From: Lingula anatina
Taxonomy: Eukaryota > Animalia > Brachiopoda
NCBI GenBank assembly: GCA_051362555.1
Contig: CM120644.1
Coordinates: 20,854,534-20,918,533 of the forward strand
Length of the DNA: 64,000 nucleotides
Reading direction: 5' to 3'
This document shows positions 48,691 through 62,809 of the stretch, in pieces (position 1 is the stretch's first letter; each line of letters starts with the position of its first letter). The translations under genes and the position numbers were made by a program. The notes under the pieces are model-generated. The model was not told where the DNA came from. It did not search any database and saw nothing but the letters and a program-made list of their open reading frames with translations.

Positions 48691-51662
48691 CAGTGGTACA
48701 TAAATTGTAGCTCATTTTCTTTCACTTTACGGAAAGGATATCTATTATAAGTACATCTAACACCACATTATCTTCAATTACGAAATTCTTGAGCAAATGG
48801 TCCCCAAATACAAAAATATAATAATGATAATAATAATAATAACAGTAAACATTTCTTTTATCGCTGGATGATAGTATGCTACCTGCTTGTAGTTGTGAAG
48901 AAAAAATACCAAAGAACAGCAAATCTGTAGTAAAAATTTTTCAGATTACAATTTTAAAAAAATAACCGGGAAATATTATACCAGTAATACCTAAAAATTA
49001 TTTGTTCGTTTAATGAACGGTAAAACTGATTCTCAAAAGAGGGCTTATAACTAATATCCTCTACGGTCAGGATAGGGGATACACAGGTGGTGAATAAAAA
49101 AAGATGCTGAAACGCAACAGATATTTCTAGTTATATAAAGGTCTAGCGTGTCTAGTATCCCTTTATTTCCCTTTATTAAACTTCGGGAGTTTGAAGAAAG
49201 TTTAAGTATTTGATTGGTCGCAATTTTGAAAATAAAAAATGACATTAAAAAATCATTCATTCAATCAATCATTCAATATGATTTTGTCAGCTTTTCTTTT
49301 AACTGGGCATAGGGAGAGATGGATTTAAAATGCATTAATCAGAAGATCAATTTATTGTGGCTGCTTCTATTTCTGTATAATTTCACATCATATAAAAAAA
49401 AGAGAAAACCAAAAGAAATCTATCATAAAAATGCTCCAAAAGATTCAAACAAAAATTTAAGTTCGCTAGAATATTTTGATTGGAGATTCAAAATGATGAT
49501 TCTAAATACTTAGGCCTACTTCTCTCTCATTTTGCTACATAATTCGACTATCAACAGACTAATATTCAACGTGCTAGGAGTTTAAACGGGCCATTCCGCA
49601 TAAGTTCCCCATTTTGATTATTTCATACGTGAAAATTATCTCGAGGTGCATCTGCATGCAGTTTTCATTTAGTGGGTTGTGAAGAGATGATGAAGTCATG
49701 CCTATGGAGGAAATAAAATGTTACATGGGGAAAACTTGTCCACTTAAATAAGCATGAAGGTACATGCAAAGATGAATCACAAATAAATTACCATCAACTG
49801 CCTAACATTAATATCTCAAAATACTATATTGAATCTAGTGAAGTTAAAATATCCGTATACTTAGTATCTTGACCGTCTCGCATCCACTCCCTGGTCACTC
49901 TGAACTGAAGAAGTGACATCTCTTTCCAGAGTGCAAGCTCAGTGAGTCCCCAGGGGGAGGAGGGAGGCAGCTGGAAGTGGGGCTCTTTTTTATTCAGCAC
50001 TCACCATTATCTGACAGGTGATACTTCACTTACAGTTTATCAGAATTAAAATAACCAAGCATACCTGTGTTCAATTTATTTTTAAAAATGCCAGGAAAAA
50101 ATAAATAAACTTTTCCCCCCCAACACCGCCCCAAAATGTATCGACATTATGTAGGTCACGGGCTATCCTAATTTCGCCCAGTGTTTACTTTTATCTGAGG
50201 AGGGGGGTTGTATCTCATTTACCTCCTTGATCTGAGAAGTTTTTGCACTGTTTGACAAACAAGACCGTACTATAACGCCATCTGGTCGTCTATGCTGGGA
50301 TCGGAAACTCAACAGATTATAATATTATAATTTTAGGGACTCAAATAAAATAGTCTGGTAGGAACAAGGGGTCCAAGTGCAAACCGTGAAGAACAATGGG
50401 TATCCTAATGTATTTGCATAATCCTTGATACAGGGTGTATCTATTTTTAGGTGTTGCCAGATGAAGTAAATGTCTCATGGGGTTCATTTTAACGTTAATT
50501 GAGCACATATTGACGTAAGGGGCGGGGGGATCATTTATAATATGGAATTTAAATTAGATATAATATACACTGTACATGTACGGTGCAAATTAAAATATGA
50601 AAATTCATACAATACTTGGTGCAAGTGTAACGACGGGGTTGGAATTGGAAATAGGGTTTTATTGGCAGGGTTCTCTATCTACGTTCAACTTGGAGAAACA
50701 ATTTATACTGAATCTTCGGGGCAAGGTCGCTGTTTTTTTCCTACGGGAGTATAGTATTGTGTCAAAATATTTGCGGCGTATTCTGTGTGCCAGCACTGCA
50801 CTACGAGGATGTTTTAATTATCAATTTTCCCTGTACTTTGATTGTAAGGCAAAAAAAAAAAAAAAAAAAAAAAAAAGAATGTGACATTTTCATTACTTTG
50901 TATATTTTAAAATTTTAGTTAAAATGCATCACGGCATAAATATCAAGATTACGGATTCAGTAACTAAAAAGTAATTTACTGTATATGGAAACGTTGTTAT
51001 TGTGCACACGTGATCATAAATTAACATAAATTATTCCAAGTGAAAGGCTGGTCCAAGAAAACAGTTTGGGAGGTGGTCTCCCTATGTCTAGGGAAATATT
51101 ATAGAAATAAAAGATGTCGGAGCAGGTTTTTTTGTGTTTATGATGTAATTCATTACTTATGCTTTAGCGTTTTTTTGGTATATACAAACGACGGAAGACG
51201 GTCTAGAAATAAACCACGAGGCCTTTAGTCCGTAAGCACTTTAAATGTTATTTTAATTATTTTGTTCTTAATGTTCAGCAGTGTAAAAAATTAGGAGGAT
51301 GGGGAACTAGATAATTAAATAGGGTAATTAAACCCGGAGTGCCATATATCTTGATACAAAGCAAGTAAATTGCATGATTTTTTATTCTGTTGTTGTTAAA
51401 TTCGACTGCTACATTTTCAAATCAACAATCAACTCCAGAACATACTATGTGCAACATTTTTGTTTATTTTTCATTTAAGCTTTTTTTTTCTTTTGGTCTT
51501 TGCAGTTTCGGCACGTCGGGAAATTTGACTTTTAAAATTGCTTTATTTTAGATAATTTCCACTTTCAAACTCATGGCTCACTCTCCGTTGGTACAGCAAC
51601 AGTAAAATACATCTCAGGGTAACATTTCATCTTAATTAAAATATATGAGCAATAATAATAAT

Positions 51663-52508
51663 AACTAGACTGCAACTGGCTTAAGCCAGTGGCGGAGGAT
51701 TCCCCTGCAAAATAGGTGTGGAAACGCTCTTACAAGGTCATGTGAAGGTCATGGGTTAAATTTGACCCCATATTCTGAAAGAGCATGTGCGAATGGGGGG
51801 GGGGGGGGCAACAAAACATCACTTTTAGGCCACTTCAATATTTCTCCATGAAATAGCCGAATGACCTTGAAAATGAGGGTCAAGGTCAAATTTGACATTT
51901 GATTTGGGGTGTTGGGTATATGTTTGGGGTAGTTTACTATAGCATGTTATCACAAAAAATCAATATTTCATGGAGAAATTGACAAAGTCACTATTTCTGT
52001 GAAATTATTAATATTTAAAAATCTATATTAAAAAACTAATCAGTCAATTGTCAATATTATTAAATACTGTACTGGATAGATATCTAGGGCAACTTTTTAC
52101 ATCATCCTTGTGGCTCTGTGACATCTGGTTTACCCCCTGCCGAGTGTCAACCTTCTAGAGCATATTTTGCAATAGGTTGACCTTGACCTGACCTACTTTC
52201 CTAAAATTAAGTCACTTGATATAGAATTATTGTGTGACCTCACCTTTGACAGGATTTGTCAAAATATTGAAAATTCTAGGAGATATTGCATTCTGAAATT
52301 TGCAAAAAAAATTTCATTTTTAAAGGCTCTGTGACCTTGAAAATTAGGTCAAGGTCAAAAAAATTGGGTGGACCGGAATAACTTTTCATAGGCTATCAGT
52401 ATGATTTTTTTCAGAATTTTAGAAAGAAATTTTTGACGAAAAATAAGAAGAAGAAGAAGAAGAATAAGAATACCAAAAACAATAGTATTCCCCTATGGGG
52501 AATCCTAA
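51663..52508 (-). mobile_element. Helentron/DINE-1-like element, family C
   Basis: AACTAG, hairpin ACTGGC-TTAA-GCCAGT and GGATTCCCC at the left end; (GAA)n and palindrome ATTCCCC-TAT-GGGGAAT at the right end; internal TGACCTTG/CAAGGTCA motifs. Confidence 0.8.
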
Positions 52509-52756
52509 TGAAATGGTAGTTACCAATTAAGAAGGCCGTAACTAAGAGGCTAAAACAGCCCTGAGTTTCGAAAAGTCCATGTAAGAAAACTTAAGATGGA
52601 ATGTTGGCCCGTAGCAATGGATGCTCTATAGGTTAAAAAAGTTAATTTTATTAGAGGTCTAACTTTTACCTACTTTATGTTTGAGATTAACGAATTTTCT
52701 ATAATAACAGGAATCGACAAATTAAATTGTACTTCATGCATGCCACAAAGACCCGA

Positions 52757-54911
52757 ATAAAACACAGCACGTCCTCACTTCAGGCACACCAGATGACCAA
52801 TACAACACCTCTTCACTTCAGGCACACCAGATGACCAATAAAACACGTCCTCACTTCAGGCACACCAGATGACCAATACAACACGTCCTCACTTCAGGCA
52901 CACCAGATGACCAATACAACACCTCCTCACTTCAGGCACACCAGATGACCAATACAACACCTCCTCACTTCAGGCACACCGGATGACCAATACAACACCT
53001 CCTCACTTCAGGCACGCCAGATGACCAATACAACACCTCCTCACTTCAGGCACACCAGATGACCAATACAACACATCCTCACTTCAGGCACGCCAGATGA
53101 CCAATACCACATGTCCTCACTTCAGGCACACCAGATGACCAATACAACGCCTCCTCACTTCAGGCACACCAGATGACCAATACAACACGTCCTAACTTCA
53201 GGCACGCCAGATGACCAATACAACAAGTCCTCACTTCAGGCACGCCAGATGACCAATACCACATGTCCTCACTTTAGGCACGCCAGATGACCAATACCAC
53301 ATGTCCTCACGTCAGGCACACCAGATGACCAATACAACGCCTCCTCACTTCAGGCACACCAGATGACCAATACAACACCTCCTCACTTCAGGCACGCCAG
53401 CTGACCAATACAACATGTCCTCACTTCAGGCACGCCAGATGACCAATACAACACGTCCTCACTTCAGGCACGCCAGATGACCAATACAACACGTCCTCAC
53501 TTCAGGCACACCAGATGACCAATACAACACCTCCTCACTTCAGGCACGCCAGATGACCAATACAACATGTCCTCACTTCAGGCACGCCAGATGACCAATA
53601 CAACACGTCCTCACTTCAGGCACGCCAGATGACCAATACAACATGTCCTCACTTCAGGCACACCAGATGACCAATACAACACGTCCTCACTTCAGGCACA
53701 CCAGATGACCAATACAACACCTCCTCACTTCAGGCACGCCAGATGACCAATACCACACGTCCTCACTTCAGGCACGCCAGATGACCAATACAACATGTCC
53801 TCACTTCAGGCACACCAGATGACCAATACAACACCTCCTCACTTCAGGCACACCAGATGACCAATACAACACGTCCTCACTTCAGGCACGCCAGATGACC
53901 AATAAAACACGTCCTCACTTCAGGCACGCCAGATGACCAATACAACATGTCCTCACTTCAGGCACACCAGATGACCAATACAACACATCCTCACTTCAGG
54001 CACACCAGAAGAGCAATACAACACCTCCTCACTTCAGGCACACCAGATGACCAATACAACACCTCCTCACTTCAGGCACGCCAGATGACCAATACCACAA
54101 GACCTCACTTTAAGCACGCCAAATGACCAATACCACACGTCCTCACTTCAGGCACGCCAGATGACCAATACAACACGTCCTCACTTCAGGCACACCAGAA
54201 GAGCAATACAACACGTCCTCACTTCAGGCACACCAGATGAATAATACAACACGTCCTCACTTCAGGCACGCCAGATGACCAACACAACTCGTCCTCACTT
54301 TAGGCACGCCAGATGACCAATACAACACGTCCTCACTTCAGGCACCTCAGATGACCAATACCACACGTCCTCACTTCAGGCACGCCAGATGACCAATACC
54401 ACACGTCCTCACATCAGGCACGCCAGATGACCAATACCACACGTCCTCACTTCAGGCACACCAGATGACCAATACAACACGTCCTCACTTCAGGCACACC
54501 GGATGACCAATACAACACCTCCTCACTTCAGGCACACCAGATGACCAATACAACACGTCCTCACTTCAGGCACGCCAGATGACCAATACAACACCTCCTC
54601 ACTTCAGGCACACCAGATGACCAATACAACACCTCCTCACTTCAGGCACACCAGATGACCAATTCAACACGTCCTCACTTCAGGCACACCAGATGACCAA
54701 TTCAACACGTCCTCACTTCAGGCACACCAGATGACCAATTCAACACGTCCTCATTTCAGTCACGCCAGATGACCAATACAACACGTCCTCACTTCAGGCA
54801 CGCCAGATGACCAATACAACACGTTCTCATTTCAGGCACACCAGATGACCAATTCAACACGTCTTCATTTCAGTCACGCCAGAAGACCAATACAACACGT
54901 CCTCACTTCAG
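52757..54911. repeat. 38-bp minisatellite, about 56 copies
   Basis: Unit AACACGTCCTCACTTCAGGCAC(A/G)CCAGATGACCAATAC with interspersed point variants and no spacers. Confidence 0.97.
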
Positions 54912-55837
54912 CAGTATGTAAATTTTCAGGATGGAGTTGTCTTGTGATTACGGGCAGTCTATTGGCTGTATTGAGGATGATAAATGAACGTTTACTACCT
55001 GAAGACAAGCTTTTGTTATTGCATCTGGATTTTCTAGGGCATCAGTTCTCTGCTGAACTGACTTTGGGAAAGCACAGAGATAACCTATATGTACAGAGGA
55101 CCTTTTCTAGATGCTATCGTGATATTCTAGTTCTGTGAATTATTATCACGATCCAGCAGTGTCCTATCTGTGGTAGGCTTGTCATCACTGGCACAACCAA
55201 CCGTCACATTCAATATTCACAACTAACACACTTCGCCTATATTAACTTGTAGTTTTGTCTTACCACAATTCTTACGGCGGTGTAACAGGAATTAAAGTCT
55301 GCTAGGAACCGTAGTCTGTTCCCCATTACTTTGCACAGGTGACAATCTTCCCATGCTAACCCCAATACTCCAAATAACCCTAACCTACACTTATCATGTG
55401 GGACCCCGGATATCCATTCCAGTCACACCGGACATCACAGTTATACCTTACCCTCTCTCTCTCTCTCTCTCTCTCTGAGTGCGTGTGTGTGTGGGTGGGT
55501 GGGTGGGTTAGCACTTTGGCATCTAAATCCTCATATAAACAAACTGAGGTCAAGGACACTAATTTCTCAAATTCGTCATGTGTCAAATATTTATGCAAGT
55601 TGCTAACGCACAAGTCTTTCTCCGATATGATTTTTTTCTGTTTCAAAAAATGCTATCGCATTTCTATCTAACCGCACAAATTTGATAAACGCTCGAAGCG
55701 AAGAAGCGAAGAGGTGAAAAGCGATGAATCATACTTTTTTTTTTTTTTTTTTTTTTCGGTTGCCTGGGATTGATGCAGCACTAAGTAATGAACAATGCCC
55801 ACGCACATGTTCGCCAATATCAGCTTAGGTTGTCTTA

Positions 55838-56052
55838 GACTGCATTCCCACAGATTTTAGATTGATCTTTCCCCGTGGGGACTCTCACTAGATCTCTGTA
55901 ACCTTAGCCGGCTTAAATGTCTGTCCCGCCTACTAAAAGCTGTAAGGGGGTAATTAACTTCCGTGCGCGCTCGGCTGACAGCAATTTAGCATGAACCCCC
56001 AGGGAGTTAGGTCGGTCCAGATGGATCGATCTAAATCTGTGGGAATGCAGTC
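55838..56052. mobile_element. MITE with TTA TSD (PIF/Harbinger-like)
   Basis: TIR GACTGCATTCCCACAGATTT / AAATCTGTGGGAATGCAGTC; TTA on both sides. Confidence 0.85.
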
Positions 56053-57782
56053 TTAGTTGACGCTCTTGATTCCATTTAAGTAGTTTTTATTATGAAGCAA
56101 ATATTGATACTTTATCCAGTTATTTTGTTGTTTTAAGATAAGTTCCCTTTTCTTTGAAGATCACTTTTAATCCGGCCGCCATTTGTATCAAAACAGATTT
56201 CGACAGCGCATTTGAAGTGAATGGCAAATGTGCAGTTTAAAAAATTGCTTTTAATGGAAGATATCAAGCAAACACCACCAAACTGCGTTTTAGTGAAATG
56301 TTTATAATAAGAATTTTCTCCATTGCCTTAAAAAGTTTTTGAACTCCACACGTAACCTTAATTATTTTGACAAGTGTACACAAACAAACAGGCGTTGAAG
56401 GAGGAAACAAAATATTGCCAATGTTTTTGCCTTAATGAAAGGAAATCTTAGATGTTAAGTAACAAATTAAGAATGAACGCTGCACCTTGGTAAAGCAATA
56501 ACAGATTTTTTTCTGAAGTTCAAATGTTTCTATTTTCGATGCAATTTGTCTATTTACATCGTTGGCCTGTTAACTTGTTTATGTGGTTGTTGTAGGGGGT
56601 TAATGACACCATGTTTCCTCCAATCCACTGTGTCTTGAAGTGGTCTATATATTTAGCACAGTCCAATGTACAGTATACGGGTTTGTTGGCAGTAAGTTCA
56701 ACAGCTGTATACCTTTTTGTGTTTGGATACAGTTTTTGAAATAAATGGAATAGATGATCTAGCTATAGGACAATGATGGGAGGGCAGTGGAAATTCCAGC
56801 AAAATCCCACTGGATGAAATCATTCGCATCCGCATTTTGCCAATCGAATGAATTTCTTTTTTCAAATAAACAAAAATATAATAAAAAACTTTTATCTCAC
56901 CGAGTAAACTACAAAACCGCAGTTAATAAAGCAAACATTCAAGACAAACGGCAGGAGTAACCGCTAATTACGAACACTTCTCTGAACCCCTTAGGAGCAC
57001 GTTTAGGCAGAAAAACAGTTATACAAGAATCTCCGTGGGTCAAACCGCAGTTATTTCTAATTGTACGGCTTTTTTTTCTATGCAGCCCGGGCTCGGTGAG
57101 GTGAGAAGTAACACTACGTAAAATTATTAAAATGCAACAAATGTGATTTTCGCCAGCAGAAGAAACAAAAATATTTCCAATTTGAGCAATAGCCATATCA
57201 CTGAACATAGCAACACGCAGTATTTATGAAAGTATATATATATGCACCGACGATACCAGCAAGACAAACTAAAGAGAGGTTATCGCTGAGAAATGCCGAC
57301 TGAGAAATCAACACATGAGAGGCACGCAAAGCATGATGAATTCGTACTGTTGTACAACAGACTGCAAATCGACAGAACTTTAGAGAACACAATCTGTAAG
57401 ATACTCGTTTATGTATTTTGCGAACTATTTTTCCTTGCCGCACCGCGCCCTTAGTCTGACCCCACTCTCCTCCCCACCCCCACACCCCAGACCCCGCGAA
57501 ATAGCGTTTCACTTATATAATTCGCGGACCTGGGGCTATGTCGGACGTTGTCCATTAGAAAGCACCACATTATCCTAATTCAGCGGAGATCGATACGTTA
57601 GGAACTATATCTTTATCCGCTTACATAATGCAGAAATAAACACTGTCATGCTATGAGATGATGCTGTCATATCACATCTATAACTGGTGAATTCGTTAAT
57701 TCGAGCTGATGACGTGACAGTCACGTTTTTGTGTTGAAAACGGTCTTTTCAATTTCAACCAAATCTTCCTCATCTGAACAGA

Positions 57783-58077
57783 CAGTGGCGGATTTAGAGG
57801 GGGGGGGGGGTGTCAGGGGGGTCGTGACCCCCCCCTTTCAGTTACTGAAAAAATATATCACACTAATATTTCCCTCTTGAAATTTGAATTTTGACTAGCT
57901 GAATCACAGTTTTTAACCGTACCAAAGGGCACCGTTTGCCCACCAAAACACCAAAAAATTTTCGGGGCCCTTGAGCAGGCCCCGAACCCCACACCAAGGG
58001 GGCCATGGCCGGTTTTGCATCTGAGGTCTGTCGTTCCGCCCCCCCCCCCCCTTCAAATAATCCTGAATCCACCCCTG
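57783..58077. mobile_element. GC-rich MITE with 5-bp TSD
   Basis: CAGTGGCGGATT / AATCCACCCCTG (10/12 match); ACAGA at 57778-57782 and 58078-58082. Confidence 0.8.
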
Positions 58078-59518
58078 ACAGATATCAACACCGTTTTAAC
58101 GCCTATTTAATCACAACAATAAGCTCTGAAATCCCATGTCGGGTAATGTTCTCGGAGGGCTCACTTCTAATTTTAACAGTTAATATGTAAAATAATGTCT
58201 TTTTTTTGGGGAACGTCATAATAAGAGGCTCATATCTCACAAAAGAACACATTAAAAGCACACACTGGCACCAGATTGTATCTTAAATCCTTCTCGAAAA
58301 CCATACTTACTTCCGTGATGATATCTGACTTCGTTACGGAGTTACGCCGCTAACCGATCATTATCTTACACAATTTTACTAGGCAGAAAAATCGTCGATA
58401 AACGGGGGCAGAGTTAAGGCTGAAGCTCGCGGAGTTGTAATAAAACAAACCAAAATGATATTTTTGCTGTAAAAGTGTTTAATTTTATTACGCCAGTTTC
58501 TAGATAAGTATTTTATATAAAAGTAATGAGGAAAAGCTATTTTTTAACCAATTTTACACACCTGAACGTATAGATCGCCCTTCTTACTCTCAGGAACTTT
58601 TTCAAAAACATCACAGGGTAGTTAATGAATTTTAAATCATAATCAAATGTAAATGACTGGCATTTAAAGTTATTTAACTGTATTGTAATGACGTCTTCGG
58701 TTTTAACACTTACGTGATTTCACATCGCATACACGTTTCATTTGAAGTTCACGTTCGTGAGTTATAATTCAAGTGTACATAGTTTGAAACTAATTCCACC
58801 ACAGTGTCAAACTTTCCGATACCTAATACACACAACAAGTGGTAAAACCGCACTGGCACGTGGAAGTGTTTGAGTGCACTTAATGATACTTTAAAAGAAA
58901 AAGAATATTGGCAAGGTTATTTCACTTTACAACAGATGTTCCTCATCGAGGATTGGATGTTATAACAGCCATGCACTCTACCGTTAGCTCTTGACAGTTC
59001 CTATTCTTCAGCGCACTCTCCATTCTGTGTCCGTGCGTAAGCCGCAGCACCACGCCAAAATGAAAACACGGAAACGTAAAATTCCTACTTTTTAACTCAC
59101 GATGCAATATCAATGATGATTTTGTGATGAATTAAATCCCATATTGCGAAGAGTTACAAAATGATCCAGGTGAGATACGTACAAAAGATCACTATTGGCT
59201 CTCTAAAACAGAATGCAATGTTGCTAATATTTATATAATATGAATATCTTCAGTTTTCTGTGTCTGTGAAACTCAGGGTAATAACCTGGCGTGTGCCTCG
59301 TGACACTCTGGAACTTACCTTGATGGTCTGATTCCGACGTAATTTGGTCGCTGTACATGTGAAAAGCCCGATTAGCACAGTTAATGGATAAGTGTTCTAA
59401 GAACTGGGCAATTCATTTGAGGGGTAGTGCTCTGGTTGTTGCACTCTGCAACTCATTCACATTGCAACATCCCCAATATTTACCTCCAGTCAATTTCGCA
59501 AATCAAAATAAATCCATT

Positions 59519-60469
59519 AACAATGCTACAAAGCTGTCAAATGTGCAGACATAATCCAGAAAAATAATAATGCACAAAATAGGTTATTTCGTCATTTTTG
59601 ATGCAATATTACGCAATGCTTGACAGCAAAATCAATTCCAAATTTTACGCACAACAGGAAACATGGATAGTCCAGAGGAACAGAGCAGTGATACTGCAGC
59701 CAAATATTATACCACCAGTGAGATCAAACTCATTCAAGTTAAATGGGATCTATTGATGTATCTCTTAAAGCTGTTGAGGAACAGGGGTGGTAAATATGTG
59801 AAGAGCATTTTGTGGAAAAGTAGGTCAAAGGTTAAATTTAAGATAATTACGATGCCTATAATACAATTTCCTATTCAAGTTCGATAGTACCTAAGGGTGT
59901 ATTTATGCTAGTTTTGGAGATATAAGGGCCAGTAAATTTGCATACTGCGTTTCTCGGTTAAAAGTAGGTCAAATGTCAAAATCAAGGTCACATTTTGATG
60001 CCAAATATATGATTTCCTATTCAAATTAAATTGTAAAGATGAGCGTACCTCTGTTAGTTTTTGAGATATAAGGGCCGGAAATTTTGCAATGTTCAGTTCA
60101 TTGTGAAAAGTACAGGTAAGTGAAAGGTCAAAGTCATTGAAATTGTTAATATATTAGTTGCTGTTCAAGTTCGATAGTAGCTATGCGTATCATTGCCAGT
60201 TTGTGAGATATAAGAAGAGGAAGTTTTGCAAAGTTTAGTTCATGCATGGTGAAAAGAAGGTCAAAGATCTTATTCAAGGTCACATTAAGATTACGAATAT
60301 TAGATTTTCTATTCAAGTTCAATAGTAACTATCAGCGTATCTCTGCCAGTTTTACAGTTTTCTAAAATTTGCAAACCACAATTCATGGTGGAAAGTAGGT
60401 CAAAGGACAAATTCAAGGTAACATTAAGAATTCCAATACGACTTCTTATACAGGTATGTCTGTACATAA
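59519..60469 (-). mobile_element. Degenerate Helentron-like element with family A ends and family B-type satellite
   Basis: Left end AACAATGCTACAAAGCTGTCAAATGTGCAGACA is close to the reverse complement of 34076-34108; right end TGTCTGTACATAA; the interior 59810-60450 is the reverse complement of the 146-bp unit (AAAAGTAGGTCAAAGG...TTCCTATTCAAGTTC.ATAGTA). Confidence 0.7.
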
Positions 60470-61503
60470 CAAGGGAGACAGTCGGCTGCACTCTAGTGCT
60501 GTTGTGTTTTGTTGACTGACTCCAGTAAAATGCTGCATTCAGTACAGGAATTTATTCTACCAACGTGTTCGGCTGATGTGTGGCTGTGATAATCGTTTGT
60601 CGTACTTGGGCAGTTTATACCAGGCACGCTTGCTGACTGGCAAAATTAACGCTCTGTCAAATTCTTTTACAGGTAACGGTAATTAAAAAAACATTACATG
60701 CTCTTGGTCTTTGAAACGTTTATTTTTGACTGATCATCGCTCTATAGATGTTATAAGAGGAATATTCAATTGAAATGAAAACTTCAGACTAGCATTCATT
60801 TTTTAAAACTACCTTTTGAAAAATGGCACACTACCAAATGTAGTAAATAGTAACTCTGAATAGTACTAGTGTTGCCAAGTTTTGTAGCTACTATGCCACA
60901 AATAACCACGGACTACCCGTCATTTTTATTTCAGATTACACTGGGCCTAATTTTTCCAAGAGATTGTTTCAGATGGTTTTCATTCTTTAACAACGTGGTT
61001 GTCTATATTTGTACTATTCACACAAAGACAGCTCAGGCTACTAAGACGACTACATTAGCGTAACACTCACTCCATTATAAAAGTACAGAAAAAATACATC
61101 ACACACAATGCAAAACATGCAATCAGTTTCTTGGGGGAAGGGATCAATAATTCACACTAAAAATCTGATGAAGATAACAGCTCTGCTCCCTTCTGGCCGC
61201 ACATTTCCATACTAAAGTACGTGTAGGAGTTGGTACAAGGTTATTATATGGGTAGAACTAATGACATCATAATGGTTTCCTGTAATTAGCAAGATCTGGC
61301 AGTTAACCCGCAGATTGATGAGCTGCACGGTAGTTCTTGGATGAAGTAAGTTGACGTGCTTTAAATATGCCTCGTCTTTTTATTGCCGTTTTATTTGAGC
61401 TGAATAAGTCTTAGAATGGCACGGTACTTAACCATGATGAGCAATACTAAGACGTGGTAGATACCGGCTGTGTGGCACATGACCAGATGTACTGAGGGTC
61501 TAA

Positions 61504-61729
61504 GACTGGGTTCCCACAGATTTAGATCGATCCATCTGGATCGACCTAACTCCCTGGGGGCTCACGCTAAATTGCTGTCAGCTTCCGGGAGCCGAGCGCG
61601 CACAAAAGTTAATTACCCCTTTACAGCTTTTAGTAGGCGGGACAGACATTTAAGCTGTTTAAGCTGACAGCAATCTAGTGAGACTCCCCAGGGGGATAGA
61701 TCGATCGAAATATCTATGGGAATAGTCTC
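61504..61729. mobile_element. Second, inverted copy of the 55838-56052 MITE
   Basis: The interior is the reverse complement of 55838-56052; TAA on both sides; TIRs are more decayed. Confidence 0.82.
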
Positions 61730-62556
61730 TAAGAGTGCATTCCCATAGATTGGCTTGTCACACAGACGGATTGATTAATGTTGCATACCATTTCTTTTTA
61801 TCTGCACATTAGAATCGAGCGATCTATTACATTACTGTACAATCTATATATGCAACTTTAACTATTAACTTCGTTATCAGTTTTTTAAAGATTCACTATT
61901 TCATTTCCTTTCCTTATCTATGTTCCCTGCAATCCATGACATAAAAAAAGCACTCGCAAAAATAAATAAATAACTAAATAAATAACAGCAGAAAGCGCAC
62001 CGCCGAGAAGACATGGCTAAGGATATTGTCACCCCTCGCCCAAAACACTTCATTTACTGCCTTACCTACATTCTTTTGGGTAATAAATAAATCTTCAGTG
62101 TTCAGTGACTAAAGTAATTAACATTTACACATATGTCATCTTACGGATGATGTCATAATTGCGGTTTTTTTTGGGCAAAACTGAAAAATCAGTTTGTCAT
62201 GTATGTCGTCAAGATGGCTGTCATAAAACCTGTAGAGGGAATACCTTTTTGGAATGATGATCGGAGCCTCGGAGGTGCTTGAGAATGGTTGATATGGCAC
62301 GAAGATTTGATGTTTTCTTTCGTAAAAATGTCACCAACGACCCTTTTATCAGTGGCATGGTGACATGGGCAGCAAGCTGTTACTTTTCTGATATACTGTA
62401 ATGACCACGCTGTGCAAACTGTGGACCAATGCTAACAGACAGGTTTGAAGTCGGTCCCAGTATTCTGCTCAATAAAAGTGAGGAGCTTGTTAAAACGCCA
62501 CGATAAAATTGGTATATGGTCAACTCTTTTAAGGGGTGTGTGTTCTCGATCACCTC

Positions 62557-62755
62557 TATTATTATTATTATTATTATAATTATTATTATTATTATTATTA
62601 TTATTATTGAAGTCCCACATCATCTTATGTGAAGCCTGAGCTTTGGTATCAAGAAGACAACTCAGATATAAACCATTTCGCGTGGAATTCTTGCGGTGTG
62701 TAGCAATTTGGTCTTTATAAGTTCCACGCATCTCATCTCAGTCCCGATCTTTTTC

Positions 62756-62806
<51 letters not shown>
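62557..62806. repeat. Two (TAT)n microsatellites
   Basis: Runs at ~62557-62608 and ~62758-62806. Confidence 0.95.

Positions 62807-62809
<3 letters not shown>

Noticed and set aside
49930-49941. 12-nt microexon (TCTCTTTCCAG|AGTGCAAGCTCA|GTGAGT)
   Set aside because: Good-looking sites but no host gene identified; such motifs can occur by chance in 64 kb.
52757-54911. CRISPR-like array (38-bp period; the 28-bp array at 301-1348 was also considered)
   Set aside because: Units are head-to-tail with only point variants and no unique spacers; no cas genes; eukaryotic context.
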